Origin: Theionarchaea archaeon
GTDB taxonomy: Archaea > Methanobacteriota_B > Thermococci > Methanofastidiosales > SZ-28-30
Length of the DNA stretch: 42,274 bases
NCBI GenBank assembly: GCA_018992685.1
Contig: JACVGT010000006.1
Location: forward strand, 1 to 42,274
Direction of reading: 5' to 3'
A program made the translations under genes and the position numbers. The notes beneath the pieces were generated by a model that saw only the letters and a program-made list of their open reading frames with translations, searched no databases and had not been told where the DNA came from. Below are positions 11,191 through 19,287 of this stretch, in pieces. Position 1 is the first letter of the stretch. Each line of letters starts with the position of its first letter.

Positions 11191-11634
11191 TCAATCCTGG
11201 TGGAGAACTCTTCTTACCATGTCTCTTTTCCACGCTGCAACGAGCTCCTGTATCTTGTCATACAGGATTTGCTCATCGTCAGGGAGCTCAAGCTCAACAG
11301 GATGACAGGACATTCTCGCTATCTTTTCCAACCTAACATCCAGTAACTGGAGGAAGGCCTTCTGGGTTTCCCTGTCCTGGGAGAATTCCATCCTGTCGTA
11401 GAAATCATCAGGGATTTCAGACAATCTTGGACCCCTCTCTTTCATGAGCATGGCTTTGATCTCGCTGGACTTTAAGGGGACACACTCTACATCCAACATG
11501 GGAACCAGCCATTTGGGCAGCTCAATAACTTCGCCTTCTTTCAGGATGTATTCTTCCCCATTCATTTCTATGACCTGCTCCCTTCTGGGTATCACCGGGA
11601 TCTTGGTGGTGTGCATCAGTGCTACTATGTTCAT
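11191..11634 (-). CDS. gins23: GINS complex subunit, Gins23-type
   Basis: N-terminal B-domain motif GEVIELPKWL, then LSEIPDDFY and RLEKI; directly upstream of mcm. Confidence 0.8.
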   Translation of the reverse strand: MNIVALMHTTKIPVIPRREQVIEMNGEEYILKEGEVIELPKWLVPMLDVECVPLKSSEIKAMLMKERGPRLSEIPDDFYDRMEFSQDRETQKAFLQLLDVRLEKIARMSCHPVELELPDDEQILYDKIQELVAAWKRDMVRRVLHQD

Positions 11635-11679
11635 GCCTTAAAAAGGTTGGACTCTTTTGCTCTTGGCGTCTTGATGAAC

Positions 11680-13038
11680 CTATCCAACGTCGAGGTTGTA
11701 CTGCTGCGCAATCTCCAAGAATGCATTTGAAACCCACTTTATCTGGTCCCAGGTCAGCCCATACACATTTAATTTCCAGGTTCGGGTGGCTCCAGCAAAG
11801 GGACCCACAATTCCCCGTTTCTTTAATTCATCGCTGAAAAAATAACCCCGTCTCTTATGTGTCTTGGCTACCCTATCGAAGCTCCCGGACGTATCCACCC
11901 TGGACAGCGTATGGGCCCTGGGAGTTTCACTCAGGACTTTCGAGCCAGAAACTCGCTCAAACTGATTCACAAAATAGTTGCTCTTTTTTACTTCTTCATC
12001 CCAGGCCAGAACCCGGTCTTTGACATGGGGGAATGAAGCCATCATTGTCATGACTGTTACTCCCATCAGTGTGCACCCCAGCATTTCCACTTCCTTGATC
12101 CCAAATGTACGACCAGTGACATCTCCTGAAATGCCTGTGGTTCGGAACACCCGTTCTGCCCACTCCTCAGTTGTGGCCACGACTCCAGAAGGAGCAGCAG
12201 ATGCCATGCTCTTGTGTCCAGAGCCCACCACGAAGTCAACCCCCAGTTCCTTCGCATTGACCGGCAGAATTCCCACAGAATATGCTCCATTCAGAAGAAC
12301 AGGTATCCCATATTCTGATGCCACCTCCCCAATACCTCTGATGTCATGCTCATTTCCGTACATGTAGTCAAAATGATCCACCATCAACAGCACGGGAAGA
12401 GAACCCGTTTCCTTCTTCACCTCTTCAATAGTCTGTCTATATCCTTCTCCTGTCACCACATTGTTCTCAGAAGGAACCTCTCTTGCCACTCCACCTGCCT
12501 GTTCTATGGCGAGAAATTCTGTATAGTGGGCCAGGGACGACAAGATCACAACATCTCCCCTTTCCACCAGGGAGTTAACCACTACCTGAAACCCTCTCCG
12601 TGCTCCTGGCACAACTCTGGCTTCATCCATACCCAGGAATTTTGCCAGCTCCTGGTGAAACTGGTCCAGAGGTGGCTTCCTGATCTTATCAAGCCTGAAA
12701 GGGCTCAAACACTGGTCACAGACAGAATATCCATCAGCATATGAAATCAGAGCTTTTCTGGCTTCTGGAGTGAGTCTTCCTCCAGCCTGAATTGGCTGAA
12801 TGTTAATGTACGCTTCTTCCCGGATACGGGGCTCCAGGCTGTTCACAATGTACGTTTTCTGGCTACCCCTTCCTGATTCCAGCGATTCCAGTATATTTTT
12901 GAGCTTTTGGAGCTTATCATGAACTTCAAGTCCCTCTTCAGGATTCAAAACGGGAAGAGATGTTCTGTATACTTCTCTGATGTCCTCAAGTGTATAGAGA
13001 GCATCAAACAAAGCATATATTTGAGAGGATTTATCCAT
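11680..13038 (-). CDS. pscS: Sep-tRNA:Cys-tRNA synthase with N-terminal helical extension
   Basis: INIQPIQAGGRL, DGYSVCDQC, GARRG, AHYT, GSGHKS (PLP Lys), LGCT; start moved to MDKSS behind GGTAA. Confidence 0.95.
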   Translation of the reverse strand: MDKSSQIYALFDALYTLEDIREVYRTSLPVLNPEEGLEVHDKLQKLKNILESLESGRGSQKTYIVNSLEPRIREEAYINIQPIQAGGRLTPEARKALISYADGYSVCDQCLSPFRLDKIRKPPLDQFHQELAKFLGMDEARVVPGARRGFQVVVNSLVERGDVVILSSLAHYTEFLAIEQAGGVAREVPSENNVVTGEGYRQTIEEVKKETGSLPVLLMVDHFDYMYGNEHDIRGIGEVASEYGIPVLLNGAYSVGILPVNAKELGVDFVVGSGHKSMASAAPSGVVATTEEWAERVFRTTGISGDVTGRTFGIKEVEMLGCTLMGVTVMTMMASFPHVKDRVLAWDEEVKKSNYFVNQFERVSGSKVLSETPRAHTLSRVDTSGSFDRVAKTHKRRGYFFSDELKKRGIVGPFAGATRTWKLNVYGLTWDQIKWVSNAFLEIAQQYNLDVG

Positions 13039-13167
13039 GGTATTACCTACATAAGCCCTTCTGCAGAACATATAAATCTTTGTGCTTCCCTGTATGAATC
13101 ACCACCTTATACTGGTCTTGTCCCTAGGCAATGAAAAACCTTATTACTCCCTGTAAGAAGTGTGAGC

Positions 13168-14709
13168 ATGGACCCTGTAGAGCAATTGCGAGAAAAGGCA
13201 GAGCAGGCCACTCTCGGTGGTGGAAAAGAGGGCATTCAAAAACAGCACAATAAAGGCAAGCTCACCGCGCGAGAGAGAATAGAGACCCTGCTTGATGCTG
13301 GTAGTTTTGTGGAACTCGATCGATTTGTCGTTCATCAATGTCATGATTTTGGCATGGACAAAAAGAAGATACTCGGAGACGGAGTTGTCACGGGATATGG
13401 CACACTTGACGGTCGCCTCATATACATATTCGCCCAGGATTTTACCGTGTTTGGAGGGTCTCTGGGCGAAATGTACGCCCAGAAAATCTGCAAGATCATG
13501 GATCTGGCCATGAGGACAGGAGCCCCTGTCATTGGGTTAAATGATTCTGGAGGTGCTCGCATCCAGGAAGGCGTGACCAGCCTGGGAGGATATGCAGAGA
13601 TTTTCTGGAGGAACGTCATGGCGTCTGGTGTCATCCCGCAGATTTCAGCAGTCCTGGGCCCCTGTGCGGGAGGGGCAGTCTACTCTCCTGCCATGACTGA
13701 TTTTATCATCATGGTAGATGAAATCTCTCACATGTTTATCACAGGACCCGAAGTGATCAAGACAGTGACAAAGGAAGAAGTGACCTTTGAAGAATTGGGA
13801 GGGTCCCGCACTCATGCCGGAAAGAGTGGGGTGGCTCACTTTGCCTGCGGGGATGAGCAGGAGTGTTTCGCCACTATCAAGCGGTTGCTGAGTTTTATCC
13901 CTCAGAACAACATGGAAGATCCTCCAGTCATAAAATCGGAGGATGACCCAAACAGGAAAGACACTGAACTGGCATCTATCGTCCCTGATTCTCCGGAGAA
14001 GCCCTATGATATCAAAGATGTCATTACGCGAGTAGTAGATACTAATGATTTCTTGGAGATTCACAAGGACTATGCCCAGAATATTGTGGTGGGGTTTGCT
14101 CGCCTTGATGGGAGGCCGGTGGGCATTGTTGCGAATCAACCCAGCGTGCTGGCAGGTGTTCTGGATATTGCAGCCTCAATGAAAGGAGCCCGGTTTGTCA
14201 GGTTCTGTGATGCTTTTAACATCCCGCTGGTGACTTTTGTCGATGTTCCGGGATTCCTTCCAGGAACTGATCAGGAATGGGGAGGGATTATTTCCCATGG
14301 GGCAAAGTTGTTGTATGCATTTTGTGAAGCAACAGTACCCAAATTGACAGTGATTACCCGGAAAGCGTATGGCGGGGCCTATGATGTGATGAATTCGAAA
14401 CATGTGCGGGCAGATTTCAATATAGCCTGGCCACAGGCTGAGATTGCCGTGATGGGTCCCCAGGGTGCAGTGAATATCATCTTCAGAAGAGACGTTCAGG
14501 AAGCCGATGATCCTCAGAAAAAGGTGGAATCTCTGGTGGCTGAGTACAGGGAGAAATTCGCCAACCCATATGTAGCAGCAGAGCGAGGATATATCGATGA
14601 TGTTGTTGAGCCTCCCGAGACCCGGCCTCGACTGATCAGTGCACTGACCGCATTGCAGAACAAGAGACAGACCCTTCCACCCAAGAAGCACGGGAACATA
14701 CCCCTGTAG
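13168..14709 (+). CDS. Acyl-CoA carboxyltransferase (propionyl-CoA carboxylase beta / methylmalonyl-CoA decarboxylase alpha family)
   Basis: [52 protein letters not shown]. Confidence 0.96.
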   Translation: MDPVEQLREKAEQATLGGGKEGIQKQHNKGKLTARERIETLLDAGSFVELDRFVVHQCHDFGMDKKKILGDGVVTGYGTLDGRLIYIFAQDFTVFGGSLGEMYAQKICKIMDLAMRTGAPVIGLNDSGGARIQEGVTSLGGYAEIFWRNVMASGVIPQISAVLGPCAGGAVYSPAMTDFIIMVDEISHMFITGPEVIKTVTKEEVTFEELGGSRTHAGKSGVAHFACGDEQECFATIKRLLSFIPQNNMEDPPVIKSEDDPNRKDTELASIVPDSPEKPYDIKDVITRVVDTNDFLEIHKDYAQNIVVGFARLDGRPVGIVANQPSVLAGVLDIAASMKGARFVRFCDAFNIPLVTFVDVPGFLPGTDQEWGGIISHGAKLLYAFCEATVPKLTVITRKAYGGAYDVMNSKHVRADFNIAWPQAEIAVMGPQGAVNIIFRRDVQEADDPQKKVESLVAEYREKFANPYVAAERGYIDDVVEPPETRPRLISALTALQNKRQTLPPKKHGNIPL

Positions 14710-14872
14710 GATACCTGCCTGTATGTACCGTCTGTGAAAGAGCCCAGCGTCCGTTTTCAGAACATGCGCTAGCGTGAGTTTCGGTTTCCTCTCTCTTTCT
14801 CAGTGGCCTGATGTCTGCCAATGCTAACCTTAATAAGGGATGTGTGCAATAGGGATCAGGAAGAGGGAGAGG

Positions 14873-15694
14873 ATGAACGTGCTTACACAGCGAGAATTTA
14901 AGGATTCGGTCATAGGATCGGATGAAGCTGGCCAGGTTCTGGAAAAGATCAGGAGGGAGAAACGTACTGGGTATTTGAAGATTGAATTTCGCCATTTGGA
15001 TTTCTTGTTGTTTTTTGAGAATGGAGTTTCTACCCACGGGTTCAGGATGGTAGAAGATGAGCTTTTCTCTTATTCTGGGTTGTCGGATTTGCTGCCCACT
15101 TTGAAGGAAGGCCAAATGGTTTTTTATGATACTCACCCAGGGGTCTTGCAGGCACTGCTGGACAAGAAATTCGGGGAGCGAATCTATGGAGACCTATACA
15201 CGAATTTTACAAATGCAGAAAAGTTTTTCGCGATGCTGAAACAGAAAACGCTCACAGGATGTGTGGAAATTGATCTATCCTCCACCCACTGCTTTATCCT
15301 TCTGGAGAAGGGTGACCCTGTTCAGGTATTATGCTCTTCAGATGAAGAAGAAAAAAGAGAGCCGTTCTCACTGGATTGCCTGATAAAGAGGATGGTTTCT
15401 GAAAACGGGGTTATCAGAGTATTTGAAAGGAAACCTCCCCCTACCGTGCTGTGTCCTGCTCCTGATAAAATCTTTGTGTGGTCAGACCCTCGCAGACTGA
15501 AACTTGAATTTGCATATGGGCAACTGGGAAAGGAATTTGAAGAATTGCTGGATCGGGAGATGAGTGTATCCCAGATTTTAAATACCTTGCATGTAGATTT
15601 TGAAGAAATAGCTGACATGTACACTTATTTATCCGCAAAGGGATATATTTCTACCAAAAAAGGTATTAACCAGGAATTTCACGCTATTCGGTGA
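14873..15694 (+). CDS. Hypothetical protein with two DUF2226/DUF4388-like repeats and possible C-terminal winged helix
   Basis: Repeated pattern TGYLKIE...LLFFENG and TGCVEID...ILLEKG; C-terminal SVSQI...YLSAKGYI. Confidence 0.6.
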   Translation: MNVLTQREFKDSVIGSDEAGQVLEKIRREKRTGYLKIEFRHLDFLLFFENGVSTHGFRMVEDELFSYSGLSDLLPTLKEGQMVFYDTHPGVLQALLDKKFGERIYGDLYTNFTNAEKFFAMLKQKTLTGCVEIDLSSTHCFILLEKGDPVQVLCSSDEEEKREPFSLDCLIKRMVSENGVIRVFERKPPPTVLCPAPDKIFVWSDPRRLKLEFAYGQLGKEFEELLDREMSVSQILNTLHVDFEEIADMYTYLSAKGYISTKKGINQEFHAIR

Positions 15695-15724
15695 GTTTAG
15701 GTGAACGCGGGTACTTTTCTTCAG

Positions 15725-16579
15725 TCAGTCCAAGACGGAGGAAATCACTCTTTCTGCGATGCAGAAGTCAGTAACACCTTGGAGTCCTTTCCATCCAGGG
15801 ATAGAATTAACCTCCACAACATAGTTCTGGTCGGGGCCAGGGAGGATATCCACACCAGCATAATGACAGCCAAGGACCTCAGAAGCCGCAATAGCCACGT
15901 CTGTGATGTCATGAGGCAGCGTGATCGTCTCCACTGAGGCACCTCTGGCATAATTCGTCTTCCAGGTATCCCCTCTTCTTCTCATGGAGGATATCACCTC
16001 ATCTCCAACCACGAAGACTCGGTAGTCCTCGTTGCTGTGGGGAATAAACTCCTGGATGTAAAAAACACAGTTGCCGTAATCCAGAATGCGGAACAATCGG
16101 TGTGCCAGGTCCCTGTCCTGTATCCTCATCACCCCAATCCCCTGAGACCCGAAGAGAGGTTTCACCACTACATCACCCAGGTTATCGAAGGCATCCATTG
16201 CCTCCTGGTACTGTTCCGTACACACCGTCAGTGGAGTCGGGATACCTGCATCTTCCAGGAGGGAACAGGTATAGTACTTGTCAGCACACTGCTCAATACT
16301 CTTAGAAGAGTTGATGACGGTGATCCCCATGTTTTCAACCCGGTGAAGTACATCCATTCTGAACACAACTTGTTCTGCAGAACCCCCGGGGACCCACCTC
16401 ACAAAGATTGCATCCATTTCATCAACTGCAACATCACCCCAGGTGACCCTGTGCGATGCCGAAACCTGGGCAAGAACCTCAGTGATAGGAAATACTGTAT
16501 ATTCCCTGCCTTTACTGACGATTTCCCTCATCAATTCCCTGACATTCCAGTCGAGTTCGTTTGCAATGATGCCTATCAC
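15725..16579 (-). CDS. RimK-family ATP-grasp glutamate ligase, probably H4MPT:glutamate ligase (MptN-like)
   Basis: VVKPLFGSQGIG, YIQEFI, DYRVFVVG, WKTNYARG, EVNSIPGW; in an operon with mch. Confidence 0.85.
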   Translation of the reverse strand: MIGIIANELDWNVRELMREIVSKGREYTVFPITEVLAQVSASHRVTWGDVAVDEMDAIFVRWVPGGSAEQVVFRMDVLHRVENMGITVINSSKSIEQCADKYYTCSLLEDAGIPTPLTVCTEQYQEAMDAFDNLGDVVVKPLFGSQGIGVMRIQDRDLAHRLFRILDYGNCVFYIQEFIPHSNEDYRVFVVGDEVISSMRRRGDTWKTNYARGASVETITLPHDITDVAIAASEVLGCHYAGVDILPGPDQNYVVEVNSIPGWKGLQGVTDFCIAERVISSVLD

Positions 16580-17634
16580 GATGCTACCGCCTCTTTCACC
16601 ATGTGTGCTGCTTTCACCATATTATTCAGCTTCTCCTCACAGATGGTCAGAGCTACATCCTCTGTCAGTCGCCCTCTAATATACCCTCTGAGTCCTCCAA
16701 ACCCACAATCAGGGTCCACAACAATGTTTTCTGCTCCCCATCGTTCAACAGCATCAGTAATTCGCTTTCTTATAGCAGAGACGGGTTCTACCACTCGCTG
16801 CCACGTTCCATCTTTCTGCACGTCCAAGAGTAGATTGGGTTCAACATTCGTTTCCACACAACCGTATCCCAGTACCTTCCCTCTGGATTCCAGATCCTCT
16901 CTGCTGTACATATCCAGGTTCTTGGGTAGGGCTGCAAACTCATGATCCAGAACATATGCTCTTGTGGATAGGACAATATCTGTTAAACTGGTATTCATCT
17001 CGCCGCAAACGTGGATGGAAGGAACAGCATTTCTAATACTTTCCATGGATTTATTAATCATTTCAATACAGAATTCGGGTTCTAACCCCACGTACAGTGC
17101 ATATACCAGAGATGGCTCATCCACGCTAATAATAGATGCACCTGCCTGATCGTATCCTCTGGCAATGTGGGCTGCAAAGGTGCTCAACTTCTCTACAACC
17201 TCAGGATACCCGATAGCAGGGGTTTCTCCCACTTTTACGGCTGCAGCCAGTGTGAGAGGTCCTGTTACCGGCATTTTAACCCCCTTTATCGGGAAAAACT
17301 TCTTGGCTATCTGCAGATATTCGATTCCAGGGAACCCGTGTGGGATATCGATGTCACCGACCACCTCAAATCCCTTTCCTGAAGGAGTCAGCCCGTGTCC
17401 CACGAGATGCCCTAAAAACATGGAGCACATGTCCTGAGGCTGGCCATAGCTGGGATAGTCAACACCAGAGCTGCACTGGATCCTCAGCGCTCTGAAAACG
17501 CCCGGTATGAAGGGATTATCTACCATCACTTCCCCATCAGGGACCACGTCAGTGTAGGGAGGAAAATCCTGTTTCACAGGATAGAAAGGGAGCACGGGAA
17601 AGCTCCCCACCACTGTTGTATCCAGTTCGTTCAT
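16576..17634 (-). CDS. Single-domain (core MetE-like) methionine synthase, probable methylcobalamin:homocysteine methyltransferase
   Basis: TTVVGSFP, TGPLTLA, VDEPSL, Zn ligands HVC, DHE and DPDCG. Confidence 0.8.
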   Translation of the reverse strand: MNELDTTVVGSFPVLPFYPVKQDFPPYTDVVPDGEVMVDNPFIPGVFRALRIQCSSGVDYPSYGQPQDMCSMFLGHLVGHGLTPSGKGFEVVGDIDIPHGFPGIEYLQIAKKFFPIKGVKMPVTGPLTLAAAVKVGETPAIGYPEVVEKLSTFAAHIARGYDQAGASIISVDEPSLVYALYVGLEPEFCIEMINKSMESIRNAVPSIHVCGEMNTSLTDIVLSTRAYVLDHEFAALPKNLDMYSREDLESRGKVLGYGCVETNVEPNLLLDVQKDGTWQRVVEPVSAIRKRITDAVERWGAENIVVDPDCGFGGLRGYIRGRLTEDVALTICEEKLNNMVKAAHMVKEAVAS

Positions 17635-18569
17635 TGTACACCCAGCGACGTTCTGAGAACATCCTCTTTGATTCCTCCTGCATGGTAGCAGTTCCCTGTC
17701 TTCACATTGTTTACAAAGATCTCTGCAGGAGAGAATAAATGGGGGTCTATCTTGTAGAAGTCCTTGTTGTATTTCTTAAAGATATCGTAGAAGGGCTGTC
17801 CATAGTCTCTTGAAGCAGAAGATGGGACCTCCTCAATAATGCTTTCAATCTGTTGATCTTCTGTGCTGACAAAGTACCGGGTTTGCCCACCGTACAGTAT
17901 ACAATCATTTGTAATACCCATTGCTTTCAGGTCTGACTTTGCAATGGGAGCTATGGGGCAGGTACCGTAGCCCGACAAGACTGCATCCAATGGAAATCCC
18001 AATTCGTGGAGCTTATGCAGCCCCGTTTCCACAATACGAGCTGAAATTTGAATGGAACCCACTAGACAGGCTGTGGGAGCCACCAGTATGTACAGCTTTT
18101 CAGGGGCAACTCCTGCCTTTTCAGCAATATAGGAAGCCACGTCACCCGAGGGGATTGTCCTTGTTTCCAGAGCAATTACAGCCTCAGGATAGTCATCCTG
18201 ATATCCCAATGTCTTGAACAGTTTCTCATCTCTAGCGAGGGAACGAGCAGGTCCGCTCCCCAGAGCAAAGAAATCTCCTACTTTGATTTTCCAGCCAGCA
18301 AACTGGGACCCCATGCATGCTTCCTTGGGGTAGTCTGTGGAGACATTGACATTCATCCCAAACCCGGTGTAGGAGAATTCCACCTGGGCCAGTCCACCCA
18401 TGCATGCTTCTGAGAAAAGCTTGCCAGCCATGATGCCACCCTCTCTGTCAACTCCACAGTCCACAAGCAGAGCGCCATTATCCAGGGATTTCACACCTAT
18501 TTTAAGTTCGTCTTTTTCCAGTATCATTTTCCTTGCTATGTGTGCTGCCTTTTCATTAACGCTAACCAC
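17631..18569 (-). CDS. mch: Methenyltetrahydromethanopterin cyclohydrolase
   Basis: CMGGLA, ACMGSQFAGW, GSGPARSLA, QISARIVETG, TNDCILYGG, FYKIDPHLFSPA; GTG start after GGTGA. Confidence 0.97.
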   Translation of the reverse strand: MVSVNEKAAHIARKMILEKDELKIGVKSLDNGALLVDCGVDREGGIMAGKLFSEACMGGLAQVEFSYTGFGMNVNVSTDYPKEACMGSQFAGWKIKVGDFFALGSGPARSLARDEKLFKTLGYQDDYPEAVIALETRTIPSGDVASYIAEKAGVAPEKLYILVAPTACLVGSIQISARIVETGLHKLHELGFPLDAVLSGYGTCPIAPIAKSDLKAMGITNDCILYGGQTRYFVSTEDQQIESIIEEVPSSASRDYGQPFYDIFKKYNKDFYKIDPHLFSPAEIFVNNVKTGNCYHAGGIKEDVLRTSLGVQ

Positions 18570-18600
18570 AGAATCACCACGTGATAGAAGATAAAGACTC

Positions 18601-18607
18601 ATATAAA
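18601..18607 (-). promoter_or_regulatory. TATA box of the mch operon
   Basis: AAAAA-TTTATAT on the minus strand, about 30 nt before the GTG. Confidence 0.6.
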
Positions 18608-18705
18608 TTTTTGTATTGAGTGATTTTCCAGGCGGTATCCCTCTACAAACGTAAATATTCCTTTTTTGGACTGATGCCTGGGGACACATCCCGCGTGCTC
18701 CAGAG

Positions 18706-18824
18706 AAAAAGAGATGGGGGGCTCGAATGAGCCCCTTGTGATTTGCTCCAGCCAACCATTGACGCCTTCACAGCACAGGAATCTTTCCAGTTCTCCAGCG
18801 CCTCCCCTTCTCAAGCTGGATATT
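18706..18824 (-). ncRNA. Candidate small RNA (unclassified)
   Basis: TTTAAATA at 18851-18844; UCCAGC/GCUGGA pairing; terminal GGGGCUC-AUUC-GAGCCCC hairpin then U-rich tract; no convincing ORF. Confidence 0.4.
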
Positions 18825-19287
18825 ATTCCTAGTGAGTTTGTACTATTTAAAGATTTCTGAAAGTCCGCTGCAGAAAGAAATATCCGGATTCTCCTCTATG
18901 GTTTTCTGTATTTTGGCTGCAAAAAGGCTGCTGCATGATTCATGATCTGTATAGTAGGTTAAAACATTGCAGCATTTCTTAATGCACGGGTGTGAAGAAC
19001 TTATGCTGCTTCACTTTCGCTGATGAAAGACAGCGTTGGTGCTGAAAGTCTGTGACATCCGTGCACCTGTTGATAGATTTCACGATGTACTTGCCCCAAT
19101 CAGGGAGGAGCAAAGCCTGTTCCCCATGTCACACACCTGCTGTTCTCCTGGTAATCGTGGTCCAGGAGGTGTCAACGAAGACTATTTAAATACCGGTTAC
19201 TCTTGACGGATGGTCTAAAAGCCCTTTCACCAAGTATTTCAAACATACCATTACTAGAAGACTAACACCAACTGAGGTGAAAAAAAG

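Noticed and set aside
454-17437. Long antisense or alternate-frame ORFs such as 454-960, 2138-2692, 6580-7401, 16037-16945
   Set aside because: They shadow well-supported genes and have no recognisable motifs.
18570-18755. 62-aa N-terminal extension of Mch in the ORF track
   Set aside because: TATA box and GGTGA RBS lie inside it, and Mch similarity starts at VSVNE.
18765-18824. Resemblance of the candidate sRNA to a SAM-I riboswitch (AUC..GAGA.GG.GAGG..CUGG)
   Set aside because: The P2 partner strand, GCAAC and GUGC core elements are missing; similarity is superficial.
19020-19076. Possible C/D box sRNA (TGATGA...CTGA)
   Set aside because: No terminal CTGA D box at the expected distance and only a weak C' box.
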